Shown: in pieces, positions 29,001 to 39,300 of the stretch | Numbering within the stretch: the stretch's first letter is position 1 | Layout of the letters: every line of letters starts with the position of its first letter | Source: a virus | Lineage: Duplodnaviria; Caudoviricetes | Virus record (IMG/VR): IMGVR_UViG_3300032237_000390 | Coordinates: 1 to 62,236 of that record | DNA length: 62,236 nucleotides | Strand: one strand, 5' to 3' | Notes under the pieces: generated by a model | The model's input: the letters and a program-made list of their open reading frames with translations, nothing else | Told to the model about the DNA's origin: nothing | Databases searched by the model: none | Position numbers and translations under genes: made by a program

Positions 29001-30447
29001 TGTAGGTAAAACATTTAATCTTGGTAATAGGGTTACGTCTGTTTCTGCTGAAAATTATAAGGAGGCTGATAGGTTTGCTGATATTACATATAGTGGTATT
29101 TATAATACTGAATCAAATGTAAATAAACTCAATGAGTTTAATTTAGGTTTGCTCAACTTTAAACCACTTGAACAATCTTTTGGTCCTATTTATAAGATGG
29201 ATGGAAGAGAGACTGATATTCTTACTCTTCAAGAAGATAAAATATCATACGTACTAACAGGCAAAAACTTACTATCTGACTCTACAGGTGGTGGTGTAGT
29301 GGCATCTGTTCCTGAAGTATTAGGCACTCAGATTGCAAGGGTTGAAAAATATGGAATAAGTTTTAATCCTGAGAGTTATGTTCAATGGGGATATGACCGT
29401 TACTTCACAGATGTTAAGCGTGGTGCTGTAATACAACTTAAAGGAAGTTCGTATAGCAATGAACAGCTTAGAGTTGTATCAGAAAGTGGTATGAGGACTT
29501 GGTTTAGAGACACGTTTATTGAATCGTTTAGCACTCAAAAACTTGGAGGCTTTGACCCGTATCTTAATGAGTATGTTTTAAGTACAAATAATACTCAACT
29601 ACCTGCTGTAATTGAATGTGTTAATTGTGGTGTTTCTCAAACTGCAACAGTAAACTATGGTGCTCCTCTTACGTATTGTGTAAATGTAGGTAATACGGTT
29701 GGTGATGTTATTATAAATTATGAAGTTCCTGTTTCTTCAACAAATAATTTTGCTGTATTTGCTACATATAATGGTGTTACGGTTAGTTCAGGAGTTGTTG
29801 ATGTTTCGGGAACTATTACCGTAAATAAAAACTCAAATATTATCGACTATGTTGACATACAAATAGTTCCTACAGAAGGAACTATAACAATAAGTGTAAC
29901 TGCAGATTGTCCACTTTTTGATGAACTTACTATAGTAGAGGTTTGTATAACAAGTGCTGCTGAAGCGGGTAAGTTTATTCATAATGAATACAGGTATACC
30001 AATGGGGCATTTGTATCACCTCTTCAGTCTAACTTGGTTACATTTTCTTCAGATACTACTAACCCTCTTGTATCAAGATATAATTTAATTACAGGTGCTG
30101 TTGGTACGGGTGGGTTCCCTCCTGCAGGTAGCACAATGAGAATTGCATCAAACAAAATAGGATTTGATACTTTTGATTTTGATATAACTCAAGATAGTTT
30201 TAGATACTATAGAAGTAATACTTTGTATAATAATAATACTACTGATATAACTAATTTACTTGCAGCAGCAACAGATGCTACACCTGTATTAGGTGCAGCT
30301 CCATATTTTTATGCAGATTTCACCGTACCTTCGGTAGGTCAATATTTGTATTTAATATGGGATTATAGAAATTCATTACCTATTGAATTGTGTTATGCAA
30401 CTACGACTATAAGAGATGCGTGTTGCGAGTGCTCAACACCAATTTAA
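26026..30447 (+). CDS. Tail stabilisation/nozzle ('muzzle') protein, N-terminal part
   Basis: GRMNK.VDER..P.GEY.DA.N, LFFTD..N.PR.IN, NRLMYGNY, YGIS.NPES and GGFDP motifs of podovirus stabilisation proteins. Confidence 0.75.
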   Translation: MANITRNFVAGRMNKVVDERLIPNGEYIDALNIRMGSTEKSEIGVIENAKGNLPLTSLAYIDGTPLSSNAKCIGAIEDSAHETIYWFIHDKTFPVGATGKLDMIVSFNVYTGILTYHVISVDDGSGVNTTLNFNEKYLITGVDIVEDLLFFTDDYNAPRFINIKRNYANPVGNIDQFSSESLLVIKQPPIAAPAIQPIVTGGQDNFMQTRYICFAYRYRYQDSEYSATSQFSAPAFIPKPFEFSINSFLNEGMVNLANSTIITYNSGGPLVVGIDLLFKEAQNNTIRVIEKLNKSILGLADNTDYTYVFTNSKIFTILPESEILRLYDNVPLFAKAQTMMGNRLMYGNYVEGYDLVDKFGQPVRFEYTANLVTESVDTTPLVDTTGTGSYSINGAQTVPNAVMYFDLTGAELIAGSSISAEIRLDHAQFTGNTPFPTETTENVNITFSFILNRDYTSVYDLATSVEFQDAVGTIGNINPVYPFTPGGTTLTDQLNDALPLNLDALTKYASGISASGQPIAILTNPASQLIGLQFIAMRYVNSTTSPTFNVFEYYSVVFAEVTYQKINSPRSLHSNRGYEIGIVYMDEYNRASTALVSPNNTVSIPCANSSVKNSIQVTIPPTQRAPYWAKRYKFVIKPDEENYDTIYSSIFFNDPLSNDAYFLLEGENARKVEQGDRLIVKADTGGPTTSCVYATVLEKESKAEGFIEIPSALDPAVNIPVPSGVYMKINPSNFAVVQDELSIIAPGTVQVDQNNPNEYPILSYDMNRYDTATSAWVDYDVPAGSRIKINFKFQRLGTGDGNNACEKRIYTLEKTLTSSADYANMQDWWNGDNVENVITEGVVDVGAGGGTIDNEYISTLASSNTDIPTAIGTNYYRFYRNTATNQLSLLLTGTVRCGGIASGSKRRSTIIATVEVFRAETTLIFETEPQDALPDVFFENNLSLAIDADGNHSGNIQDQDIALGTSGVIDTEFFNCFCFGNGAESYKIRDSIVGKTFNLGNRVTSVSAENYKEADRFADITYSGIYNTESNVNKLNEFNLGLLNFKPLEQSFGPIYKMDGRETDILTLQEDKISYVLTGKNLLSDSTGGGVVASVPEVLGTQIARVEKYGISFNPESYVQWGYDRYFTDVKRGAVIQLKGSSYSNEQLRVVSESGMRTWFRDTFIESFSTQKLGGFDPYLNEYVLSTNNTQLPAVIECVNCGVSQTATVNYGAPLTYCVNVGNTVGDVIINYEVPVSSTNNFAVFATYNGVTVSSGVVDVSGTITVNKNSNIIDYVDIQIVPTEGTITISVTADCPLFDELTIVEVCITSAAEAGKFIHNEYRYTNGAFVSPLQSNLVTFSSDTTNPLVSRYNLITGAVGTGGFPPAGSTMRIASNKIGFDTFDFDITQDSFRYYRSNTLYNNNTTDITNLLAAATDATPVLGAAPYFYADFTVPSVGQYLYLIWDYRNSLPIELCYATTTIRDACCECSTPI

Positions 30448-30462
30448 AATAAAATATAAAAC

Positions 30463-32385
30463 ATGGCAATCAGTGCAACATTTTATTTAGATTCACCTTC
30501 ACTTAGTTCTGCTACAGTGATTTATGCTGATGCAAATCTTACTGTACCTGCTACTAATGGGTTTTATTCCGATGGCACAATAGTTAGAGAACAGCTATCA
30601 GGAGTTCTTTTACCTCAAGTTGTTTGTCCATCGTGTGCAATTCCATGTGGTGGAACAATAGCTGCTTCAGGAAGTCAAGGTGTATATACCCTTAATACAA
30701 GCTTAGGCATTAATACAGGAGCAGTAATAGTAAGGTTTAATCCATTTTTAATACCCGATGGTATTATTGCGGTATATGACAGTTCATATTATAATGGACT
30801 GTCTTCTCCTGTTTACGGATGGCTTCAAGCTGCTTCAAGTAGTTTACCAACATACATAGGAGATTCAACATATAATTGCAATATTGTTGGCACAAGCCCA
30901 CATACATTGCCTGTGTATAATTATACAGGAGCTTCTTTTGTAGCAACAGGAGGCACTGAAACGTTTTCAGTAATTGGCTCACAATTAGACCTTACTACAA
31001 ATCCTCCGGGTATATGTGTAATGGTTATACCAAAAACTGCAGCATCTCCATCTACATTAGCTCTTAAGTTTTATGGACCTTGTACATCAACAACATTTGA
31101 TATATCAGTTACTTGTCCTACTGTATTGCCTTCGTTTTTATCATCTACAGTTGGAGCTTCTTCTTCTGCGGCTTGCTCTGATACAATAGACCAAACATAT
31201 TACGTTGCTTATGTCAATGGAGGTGCGGGAATACTTGGTCTATATGATTTAGTTTTTAGTGACCAAAATGGTGAGTTTAAGTTAGGTGCAGGGTATTATC
31301 TTACTACAGCAGCAGGCAGCTATAATTGGTTTAGGGTAGATTCTAATGGAGTTATAATAGGATTTGGTAATTGTTCTATTGCTTCTTGTGAGTGTCATGA
31401 TGGTATAATAAATACAAATGGCAGATACAGTTTTTATGATTGTGATGGTATATTATTTGCAGGTGGAGCAGAACTTAATTCAGAAATATGCTATAATATA
31501 AATGCTCCTCATAGTGCTAATATTACAAATGTTGGTCCTGCCGTAAGTTGTACTTGCGGAACACCTCCTCCTGTTTCTTATAACTGTATTGATGGTGATT
31601 GCATAAATCCGGGTGATGGAACAGGAACTTATGATACAGTATTTGATTGTCGGGCAAATTGTAGTGGAATACCTGAAACATATAATTGTGTTGATGGTGC
31701 TTGCGAAGACCCCGGTGATGGGTCAGGAACCTATTCAACAATAGGTGCGTGCTTAACTGCTTGCGGTGTCACTCCTTCATATAATTGCGTTAGTGGAAAC
31801 TGTATAGACCCCGGAAATGGAACAGGAACTTATAGCACATTAATTGCCTGTCAAAACAATTGTACTCCACCACCTGTTACATACAATTGCGTTAGTGGAA
31901 CTTGTATAGACCCGGGTGATGGGTCGGGCACTTATAGTACTTTATCTGCATGTCAAGCTGATTGTACAATACCTCCACCTGTTACATACAATTGCGTTAG
32001 TGGAACTTGTATAGACCCGGGTGATGGGTCGGGTACTTATACTACATTATCTGCGTGTTTATCTGCTTGTGGTGTAGTAGAATCATATAACTGTGGTCCA
32101 CATTTTATATGTTATGACCCGGGTGATGGTACAGGCACTTATTCTACTTTGTCAGCATGTGAAGCTGATTGTACATACTTTACGTCAACGTATGATTGTG
32201 TTGATGGAACTTGTGTAGACCCCGGAGATGGAACGGGTGCTTATGCTGATTTGGCATCTTGTATAGATTCAGGTTGTCAAAACGCTTGGGAATGTTTAGG
32301 TAATCCATTAGGATGTGTAAATGTAGGAAGTTTTGGTAGCTATACATCTGAAGCAGAATGTTTAGGTGATGGATGTGGAGGATAA
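30463..32385 (+). CDS. Cys-rich repeat structural protein
   Basis: C-terminal YNCxxGxCxDPGDGxGTYxTxxxCxxxC repeats. Confidence 0.75.
   Translation: MAISATFYLDSPSLSSATVIYADANLTVPATNGFYSDGTIVREQLSGVLLPQVVCPSCAIPCGGTIAASGSQGVYTLNTSLGINTGAVIVRFNPFLIPDGIIAVYDSSYYNGLSSPVYGWLQAASSSLPTYIGDSTYNCNIVGTSPHTLPVYNYTGASFVATGGTETFSVIGSQLDLTTNPPGICVMVIPKTAASPSTLALKFYGPCTSTTFDISVTCPTVLPSFLSSTVGASSSAACSDTIDQTYYVAYVNGGAGILGLYDLVFSDQNGEFKLGAGYYLTTAAGSYNWFRVDSNGVIIGFGNCSIASCECHDGIINTNGRYSFYDCDGILFAGGAELNSEICYNINAPHSANITNVGPAVSCTCGTPPPVSYNCIDGDCINPGDGTGTYDTVFDCRANCSGIPETYNCVDGACEDPGDGSGTYSTIGACLTACGVTPSYNCVSGNCIDPGNGTGTYSTLIACQNNCTPPPVTYNCVSGTCIDPGDGSGTYSTLSACQADCTIPPPVTYNCVSGTCIDPGDGSGTYTTLSACLSACGVVESYNCGPHFICYDPGDGTGTYSTLSACEADCTYFTSTYDCVDGTCVDPGDGTGAYADLASCIDSGCQNAWECLGNPLGCVNVGSFGSYTSEAECLGDGCGG
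31579..32382 (+). repeat. Seven plus one degenerate ~33-35-aa four-Cys coding repeats
   Basis: Visible in both protein and DNA (e.g. GTTACATACAATTGCGTTAGTGGAACTTGTATAGACCCGGGTGATGGGTCGGG occurs twice). Confidence 0.9.
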
Positions 32386-32401
32386 AAATAATATATAAAA
32401 A

Positions 32402-33205
32402 ATGAACTATACTTTAACATACAGTGAATCAGTACAAGGGTGGGCTTCGTTCTACTCCTTTTATCCCGATTGGATGATAGGGATGAATAACTATTTCTAT
32501 ACATTTAAAGGAGGTAATTTATACCGACATAATGTAAATGAAACACGAAACGAGTTCTATGGAGAACAATTTACCTCAAAATTAGTGAGTGTATTTAACG
32601 ATGCCCCTCTTGAAAACAAGTTGTTTAAGACTTTAAATTTGGAGGGAGACAATACTTGGTCTGCATTAATGGAGACAGATATACAAAACTCAGGTTTTAT
32701 TGAAGCGGATTGGTTTGAAAAGAAAGAGCAGTCTTGGTTTGCCTTTGTGAGAAACGAAGGAACAACCCCTGCTGCCCCTTCAGAGTATGCTCTAAGGTCA
32801 TTGAATGGTATAGGCAGAAGTCTCTCTATAACAGGTCCTGCAGGGGCTAAAAAAATATCTTATCAAATATCTCCTGAGCCTATAGCAATTGGAAGTATTG
32901 TAAGCATAGGAGATTCTTTATATTATGCATTGCCCCCAAGCTACTCTACTCCTGTATTATGTGGTAAAATAACAGATATTGTAGTTGATTATCCAACAGG
33001 TGATAACTACCTTATTGTAGACACAACTGTTACAGGAGGTAGTATTCCGCCAATAGCTACACCATACACATTATACATAAAAAATTCTGTTGCCGAGTCC
33101 CATGGGGTATTGGGTCACTATTGTGTGTTTACCCTCGAAAACGATAACACTGACAAGGTTGAGCTGTTTGCAGCAGAGTCAAATATAATGAAAAGTTATC
33201 CTTAA
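32402..33205 (+). CDS. Probable C-terminal part of the stabilisation protein, encoded as a separate gene
   Basis: TLTYSE..GW.SFYSF.PD.M...N.FYTFKGG.LY.HN...KLFKTL.LEG...VELFA. Confidence 0.65.
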   Translation: MNYTLTYSESVQGWASFYSFYPDWMIGMNNYFYTFKGGNLYRHNVNETRNEFYGEQFTSKLVSVFNDAPLENKLFKTLNLEGDNTWSALMETDIQNSGFIEADWFEKKEQSWFAFVRNEGTTPAAPSEYALRSLNGIGRSLSITGPAGAKKISYQISPEPIAIGSIVSIGDSLYYALPPSYSTPVLCGKITDIVVDYPTGDNYLIVDTTVTGGSIPPIATPYTLYIKNSVAESHGVLGHYCVFTLENDNTDKVELFAAESNIMKSYP

Positions 33206-33216
33206 TTTTGTAAGGA

Positions 33217-33624
33217 ATGGAATTCAATATACGACCATTAAACGATACTGATTATGATACCATTTTAAAGGGATGGTGGAGTGATTGGGGGTGGGAGCCT
33301 CCACAAAAAGACTTCCTTCCTGACGATGGCAAAGGTGGTATAATTGTGATGAAAGGAGATGAGCCTATATGTGCAGGGTTTATTTATACCACCAACTCAA
33401 AGGTGGCTTGGGTTGATTGGATAATATCCAATAAGGAATATAGGGGTGATGACAGAAAAGAAGCTATATCATTATTAGTTAGCACGCTAACTAATATATG
33501 TAAAAATACGGGGCATAAATATAGCTATGCTCTAATAAAACACCAAAGTCTTATAAGTACCTATGAAAATTTGGGTTATATAAAAGGCGATGGATACACA
33601 GGAGAAATGATTAAAGTATTATAA
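33217..33624 (+). CDS. GNAT-fold acetyltransferase-like protein
   Basis: IRPL...ISNKEYRG...YENLGY; typical position before the ejection proteins. Confidence 0.65.
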   Translation: MEFNIRPLNDTDYDTILKGWWSDWGWEPPQKDFLPDDGKGGIIVMKGDEPICAGFIYTTNSKVAWVDWIISNKEYRGDDRKEAISLLVSTLTNICKNTGHKYSYALIKHQSLISTYENLGYIKGDGYTGEMIKVL

Positions 33625-33625
33625 T

Positions 33626-34495
33626 ATGGCAGCATTTACAACAATAGCAGCAGGAATAGGATTAGCAGCTACAGCAGGCTCTACGGGTATGTCTTTTGTT
33701 CAAGCGGGTAAGCAGAATAAACTTAGAAGACAAGCTGAATCTGATGCAGCAGAAGCAATGGCTGCAGCAAGAAAAAAACTTGATGTAAATTTTTATGAGC
33801 AGTTGGCTATTCAAAAAGAACCATACGAACTTGCAAGAGAAGCATCGTTAGTGCAAGGTGTTGAAGCGTTACAGGCGGGTGTAGAAGGGGAGCAAAGAGG
33901 TGCAGGTGCGGTTGCGGGTCGTGTTCAGATGGCTCAAGATAAAGCACAAGCTGATATTCGTTCAGCTATGGGTCAAGACCTTTCAAGTCTTGAAAGATTG
34001 ACTGCGGGAGAAGATAGTAGGTTAAGAGATATGCAAGCTCAACTTGACCTTGGTGAAGTTTCAGGTGCTCAACTTGCAGCAAGAGATGCACAACAAGCTG
34101 CATCACAAGCCACTCAGCAAGGTATTCAAGGAGTCATTAGTATGGGTCAACAAGCTGCAGCAATGGCTCCATTATTTGGACAATCTGCAGGTGCAAAGGG
34201 AGCAGGTCAAATACAGGATATTGCACAAAATCAATATGGACTTAATCAATCTAATATTCAAAAAAGTATTGCTTCATTGGGTACTGTAGATGGTGTAAAC
34301 CTTAGTGGTGTTGCAGGGATGAATCCAATGCAATATCAAGATTTTATGAGTAGCTTAAAACCAAGTACTTTACAAAATATAAAATTAAATCTTCCAATAA
34401 CTTTATCTTCTTTTAGACCAAGTGAATACGGGCTGCAAACAAATACAATACCGGGTTTAGCAGCATACGCAATACCGGGTATTGGTGGATATTAA
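33626..34495 (+). CDS. Putative internal virion (ejection) protein 1
   Basis: A/G/Q-rich with a hydrophobic N-terminus; position. Confidence 0.65.
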   Translation: MAAFTTIAAGIGLAATAGSTGMSFVQAGKQNKLRRQAESDAAEAMAAARKKLDVNFYEQLAIQKEPYELAREASLVQGVEALQAGVEGEQRGAGAVAGRVQMAQDKAQADIRSAMGQDLSSLERLTAGEDSRLRDMQAQLDLGEVSGAQLAARDAQQAASQATQQGIQGVISMGQQAAAMAPLFGQSAGAKGAGQIQDIAQNQYGLNQSNIQKSIASLGTVDGVNLSGVAGMNPMQYQDFMSSLKPSTLQNIKLNLPITLSSFRPSEYGLQTNTIPGLAAYAIPGIGGY

Positions 34496-34507
34496 AATAA
34501 ATAAACA

Positions 34508-36298
34508 ATGGCAGGAACATATTATAGTTACGCTGAACGGAATGCAAGTGATGAGATAAATTGGGCACAGGTCGGTAAGAATGTTACCGACATGCTTAAG
34601 AAAGAAAGTGATGTTCGAGAAGAAAAAAAAGCTGCCATTGATAAAGCATCAAGAGAGTTTGGCGAAACACTATCTAATGCTCCTCAAGGTGAACACCAAG
34701 GTATAAACCAATGGGCTTTGACTTATGCTGATAGTGCACAGCAAGCAAGGCTAATGCAGGATAGGCTTTTAAAGTCGGGTCAACTTAAACCAAAAGACTA
34801 TTTTGTTATGCGTCAAAATATTAATGACGGCACTAAAGAAGCATTTGGTCTTATTAAAGAATACCAAGCTGAGTATAAGGACAAGATGGATAGGTATCAG
34901 AATGGTGATTCTCAAGCATTAGAGCAATGGCTTATGGCTGAGGCTGAAGGGTTTGCTAATTTTAACAACTCTGAATTATATATTAATCCAACAAACTTTA
35001 GTGTCAATGTTGCAAAAAAAGAAAAGCAGATAGTAGATGGTAAAGAAGTTTATGTAATGAGTAAAAATCCTAATGACTTTACTACGGTAAATGCCATGAG
35101 AAATAGGATTAAGGGTAGGTTCAATAAACTTGACGTATCTAAAACTCTTCAAGGCGGTGTTAACGTATTGGGCAAAGATGTTGATTCAATATTAAAATTA
35201 GGTACTCTTACAGGCGGTGGGTCTATTACAGAAATTATAGACATAACAAAAAGAAAAGATTTTGGTAAAGAAGTAGGTAGTGCTGTAAGTCTTTTTGAAA
35301 GAGCTGAGGATACATATCTTGATTCAATAATGTCAATTCCAAATAATACAAGTTCTATATTAACAGACTATGTTAACGTAGACCCTAAAACAAAAAAAGC
35401 ATATACGTATACTTGGGACCCTAAAGAAGCAGGTGGTAATGTTATTCTATTAAAAAATGATAGTGCAGGTAGACCTGTCCCCGAATTTACTGATGAGCAA
35501 AATGAGGTGGTTAAAAATGCTTTGCGTGAAAAGTTTAGGATAATGCTTGATAGAGAAGTTAATGTTAAAGCCACTCCACAAGCACAGCTTCAAGAACGCA
35601 GACCGCCTACTGAAGGTGAAATAAAGCGTGGTGAAAAAAGCAAGAATGAAATGGCTGCAGCAGGTGCATGGAATCAATTATATACAGGTAAGACTGCTGC
35701 TGAGAAACAAGCTGCTGCAGATATATTATTGGGAACTCCAATAGCACAGGAGCAAGGGCTTCTTGAAATTGATATGTCTAAATATGGTATTATTTCATTA
35801 AGGTATCAAAATGCTGCTAAGAATAGAGACATTAAATATCTTGATAATAACAATGAGCCAATTAGTTTATATGACTTTGCAGGGAAAGGAGTAGAGTTAC
35901 ATGGTGTTGTAGATAGAGACAAAGCTGTTAAAGCAGGTGGTGGTGGTAAGGGATATGGAAGACTGTCTTATGAGGAAAAAGATATTCCAATTAAAGCATC
36001 AAGACAAGGAAAGTCTATAACAACAGAAAGTGCTACTGCTGAAATACTACCTGATTTGTTTACTATAAAATCAGAAAGGTCAGCAGAAAGACTTAAGTCG
36101 ATATTACCATCAGGATTTAAAGTAGCAGATATTGGAGGATTATTTGGAAATGATGTTCAGGTAACTGCACCAAATGGAAAGACATATACATATAACGCTA
36201 ATGTTACTTCTACAAAAGCAGAAACAGAGAAAGATGCTCTTGCTCAGTTCATAAAGTTAAACACAGGAACGTCAGGTGGTACCGGTGAATTAGATTAA
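34508..36298 (+). CDS. Putative internal virion (ejection) protein 2
   Basis: Position and size. Confidence 0.6.
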   Translation: MAGTYYSYAERNASDEINWAQVGKNVTDMLKKESDVREEKKAAIDKASREFGETLSNAPQGEHQGINQWALTYADSAQQARLMQDRLLKSGQLKPKDYFVMRQNINDGTKEAFGLIKEYQAEYKDKMDRYQNGDSQALEQWLMAEAEGFANFNNSELYINPTNFSVNVAKKEKQIVDGKEVYVMSKNPNDFTTVNAMRNRIKGRFNKLDVSKTLQGGVNVLGKDVDSILKLGTLTGGGSITEIIDITKRKDFGKEVGSAVSLFERAEDTYLDSIMSIPNNTSSILTDYVNVDPKTKKAYTYTWDPKEAGGNVILLKNDSAGRPVPEFTDEQNEVVKNALREKFRIMLDREVNVKATPQAQLQERRPPTEGEIKRGEKSKNEMAAAGAWNQLYTGKTAAEKQAAADILLGTPIAQEQGLLEIDMSKYGIISLRYQNAAKNRDIKYLDNNNEPISLYDFAGKGVELHGVVDRDKAVKAGGGGKGYGRLSYEEKDIPIKASRQGKSITTESATAEILPDLFTIKSERSAERLKSILPSGFKVADIGGLFGNDVQVTAPNGKTYTYNANVTSTKAETEKDALAQFIKLNTGTSGGTGELD

Positions 36299-36319
36299 AA
36301 AATAGATTAAATTCGCATA

Positions 36320-39300
36320 ATGGACGAGTTACAGAAACTGTACGACTTATTAGTTAGAGAAGGCAAGTACACTAAATCCTTTGATGAATTTAAAGTAAAG
36401 TGGGGTTCTGAACAAGGATACCAAGACAAAGTATTTAATGTCGTGTCAAGAGATGGTTTTTATACAAAAGACAAAGAGTCTTTTATTAATAAATATGCTG
36501 CTCCTGAATTAAAAAAAAAAGAAAAAGGAAACGTACCAAGTTCTATGGAGTTACCATCAGAGGATGGAAAATTGGTATCACAAGAACCTATTGAGACTCT
36601 TGCTGTTGGTCCAATGGGGATAACAGGTCTTCAAAGAACAGCAGAATATGTACCTGCAAAAGAACAAAAGAAACAAGGAGACGTATTAAACTTAGTATCT
36701 TCTTTAAATAAAGGATTTTATCAAAACTTAATAGGTAGTCCTGTAAAAGGATTGGGTACTTTACTTGAAGGAGCTACGGGTAAAGGATACGTTAGTGATG
36801 CATTAATTAAGTTTGGAAACTATTTCAATAAAACAATCGATGAGATTACTCCTCAAGATGAGGAATATAAAAATAGTTTAACCGACCAATTTGGACAAGC
36901 ATTTGGACAGGTTGCGTCCATGGTATTAACAGGTAAGGCAGGTGCTATTGGTAAAGGTACAGGTGCTGCTGCTGAAGCTGAGGCTGCATTGGCTTCACAA
37001 ATAATACCTACAACATCTACTGCAGCAACAGTAGGTAAACAATTTGTTTCAGATTTAGCCAACCCTGTTTCCGTAAGTGCAGGTCTTGCAATGGGTCAAT
37101 CCGAATTTGACAGGGCAAAGGAAGCGGGTGCTTCAGATGAGCAAGCATTTAATGTATTTTATAAAAACGCTGCCGTTGGTTCTGTATTAGAACAACTTCC
37201 TGTTATGCAATTCTTGAAAAGATTTGAGAAAGCTTCTGCAGGTGGGCTTTTAAATTACATAAAAACTAAAGGTGTAGCAGGGGTAACGGGTGGTCTTGAG
37301 GAGATGACTACCGAGGTATTGCAACAATTGTATGCAAATAAAACAGCACAAGAAGTATACAATATTAATCAAGATTTATTTGAAGGAGTTGGGGCATCGG
37401 GTGGTGTAGGATTTGGTGTAGGATTTTTGCTTAATGCTATGGGTGCAAATGCCAAGCTATTAAGAAAAGAGGGTAAAAATACTGAGGCTGATGTTGTTGA
37501 AAAACAAATAACTGAGATTGAAAACCAAGCACAAAGAGGTGGTCCATCTTCATATAGTGTTAATGGTATATCCATTCAACCAATTATAAATGAAGAGGGT
37601 ATTCAGCAAGACCCACGTGATGTTGTCAGTAATATGATAGACAACATGACTGCTACTGACCTTTCAAAAATGAACATAGATATTACAAATGACCCTGAGC
37701 TTAAGATTAAGTTGCAGGATAAAATTGTAACGTCATCTATTAAGGAGCAAGTTCGTGAATCTAATCCTAATCTTAATGAGGAACAGTTGGATGAGATAAC
37801 AAATCTTGAAAAAGAATTAAGAAAGTTTGAAGGTAATACAACGCAGTCGGGCAAAGATAAAGCTGCTGCTATTCGTTCACAAATTAAAACCATACAAGAA
37901 AATGCCATTCAAGAACAAAGCACAAATGAAAGCGTGTTACGCACAGAACAACCCGAAGTGGGACTGCAGCAAGTGGGCGAAGGAAACGTCCAACCTGAAG
38001 TCACTACCGAAGGGACCCAAGAAGTCGTCACCCCGCAAGAAGAAGTAGTTGCATCCGAAGAGATGGCTACTCAATTAAATGATTTAGTAGACAACTTTAC
38101 TATAGCTTATTCTCAAGTTCCTGTCGGTCAAACAACAAGCGAGAAAAGAGCGTCAACTACAAAGGCAAACAAGGCAATTAAAAAGTTAAATGACTTTTTT
38201 GGATTTACTTTTGGCAGCAGGGCAAATGAAGAACAGGCGAGTAAACAAGATGCCTTGACAAATATCAAATCATTGTTAGACCCGAACAGTTCATTATCAC
38301 AATTTGCAAATATTACAGAGTTAATTAATGCATATAAAAGTGATAAGCAAAATAATGTAGAGTCACAATTGGTTAAAGATGTTGACACTATATTTGGTGT
38401 AGCTCCCGTAGTGTCTTCAAAGACACAGGAGGTTGCACCTGTAGTAGAGCAGTACGTTCCAATAGTTCCTAAGAAGATTACGCATGATAAGTTCACAAGG
38501 GATAATGCTATTGATTATGAGGAGGGCGAAAGAGAAACCGATAGTGGCAGAACTGTAACATACCTTGCGTCATTAACCGTTGAGGCACAAGATGAGAATG
38601 GTGATACCATAGGTAGCCTTACAAAGATTACCGATGAAGATGGTATAGTTAGTTGGAATGCTGCTGATGTTGATGGCAATGAACTTTCATTTGATGGTTT
38701 TGATTCTAAAGATGAAGCTAAACAAGCACTTGCTGATAAAGTAAATAAAGTAATAAAAAAAGAATTTGATAAAGAGGCTAAGAAAAAAACTAAGGCTAAA
38801 GAAAAAAAATCTAAATTTGCAAAAGATGAAACAGTACGACCCCAACCAACAAGAGACAGAGCAGGACGGTCAGAGAGCAGCACAATTACGCCTCTTGAAG
38901 GTTCGCCATCAGTTCCGGGAGTTAACGGACCGGACCCACAACTTGTTGCCGTTGCAGAACAATATGCAAAAGAAAACGGAATCCCTTTCAAAAGACAAGC
39001 AGAGTACGTTAAGGTAGACGAGGAAAGAGCAAAAAGAATAGCTGATGCTTACGAAGCAATGGCTAATGACCCTCAAAATCCAAAAGTAAAAGAAGCTTAT
39101 CAGAATCTTATAAAGCAAACTATTGCTCAATACGAAGCATTGGTGAAGGCAGGATATAAGTTTTGGTTTATGGATTTAAATATTCCAAGCAATGCAGAGT
39201 ATGCTTCTACTCCATATAATGCCATCCGTGATTTAAGAAAGAATAAAGAGATGGGAGTCTTTGCCACAACTGATGGCTATGGTGATAGTGGATTAACTGA

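Noticed and set aside
38766-39017. Second +1-frame ORF within the giant gene
   Set aside because: No recognisable motif and weaker support than 37902-38048; not excluded
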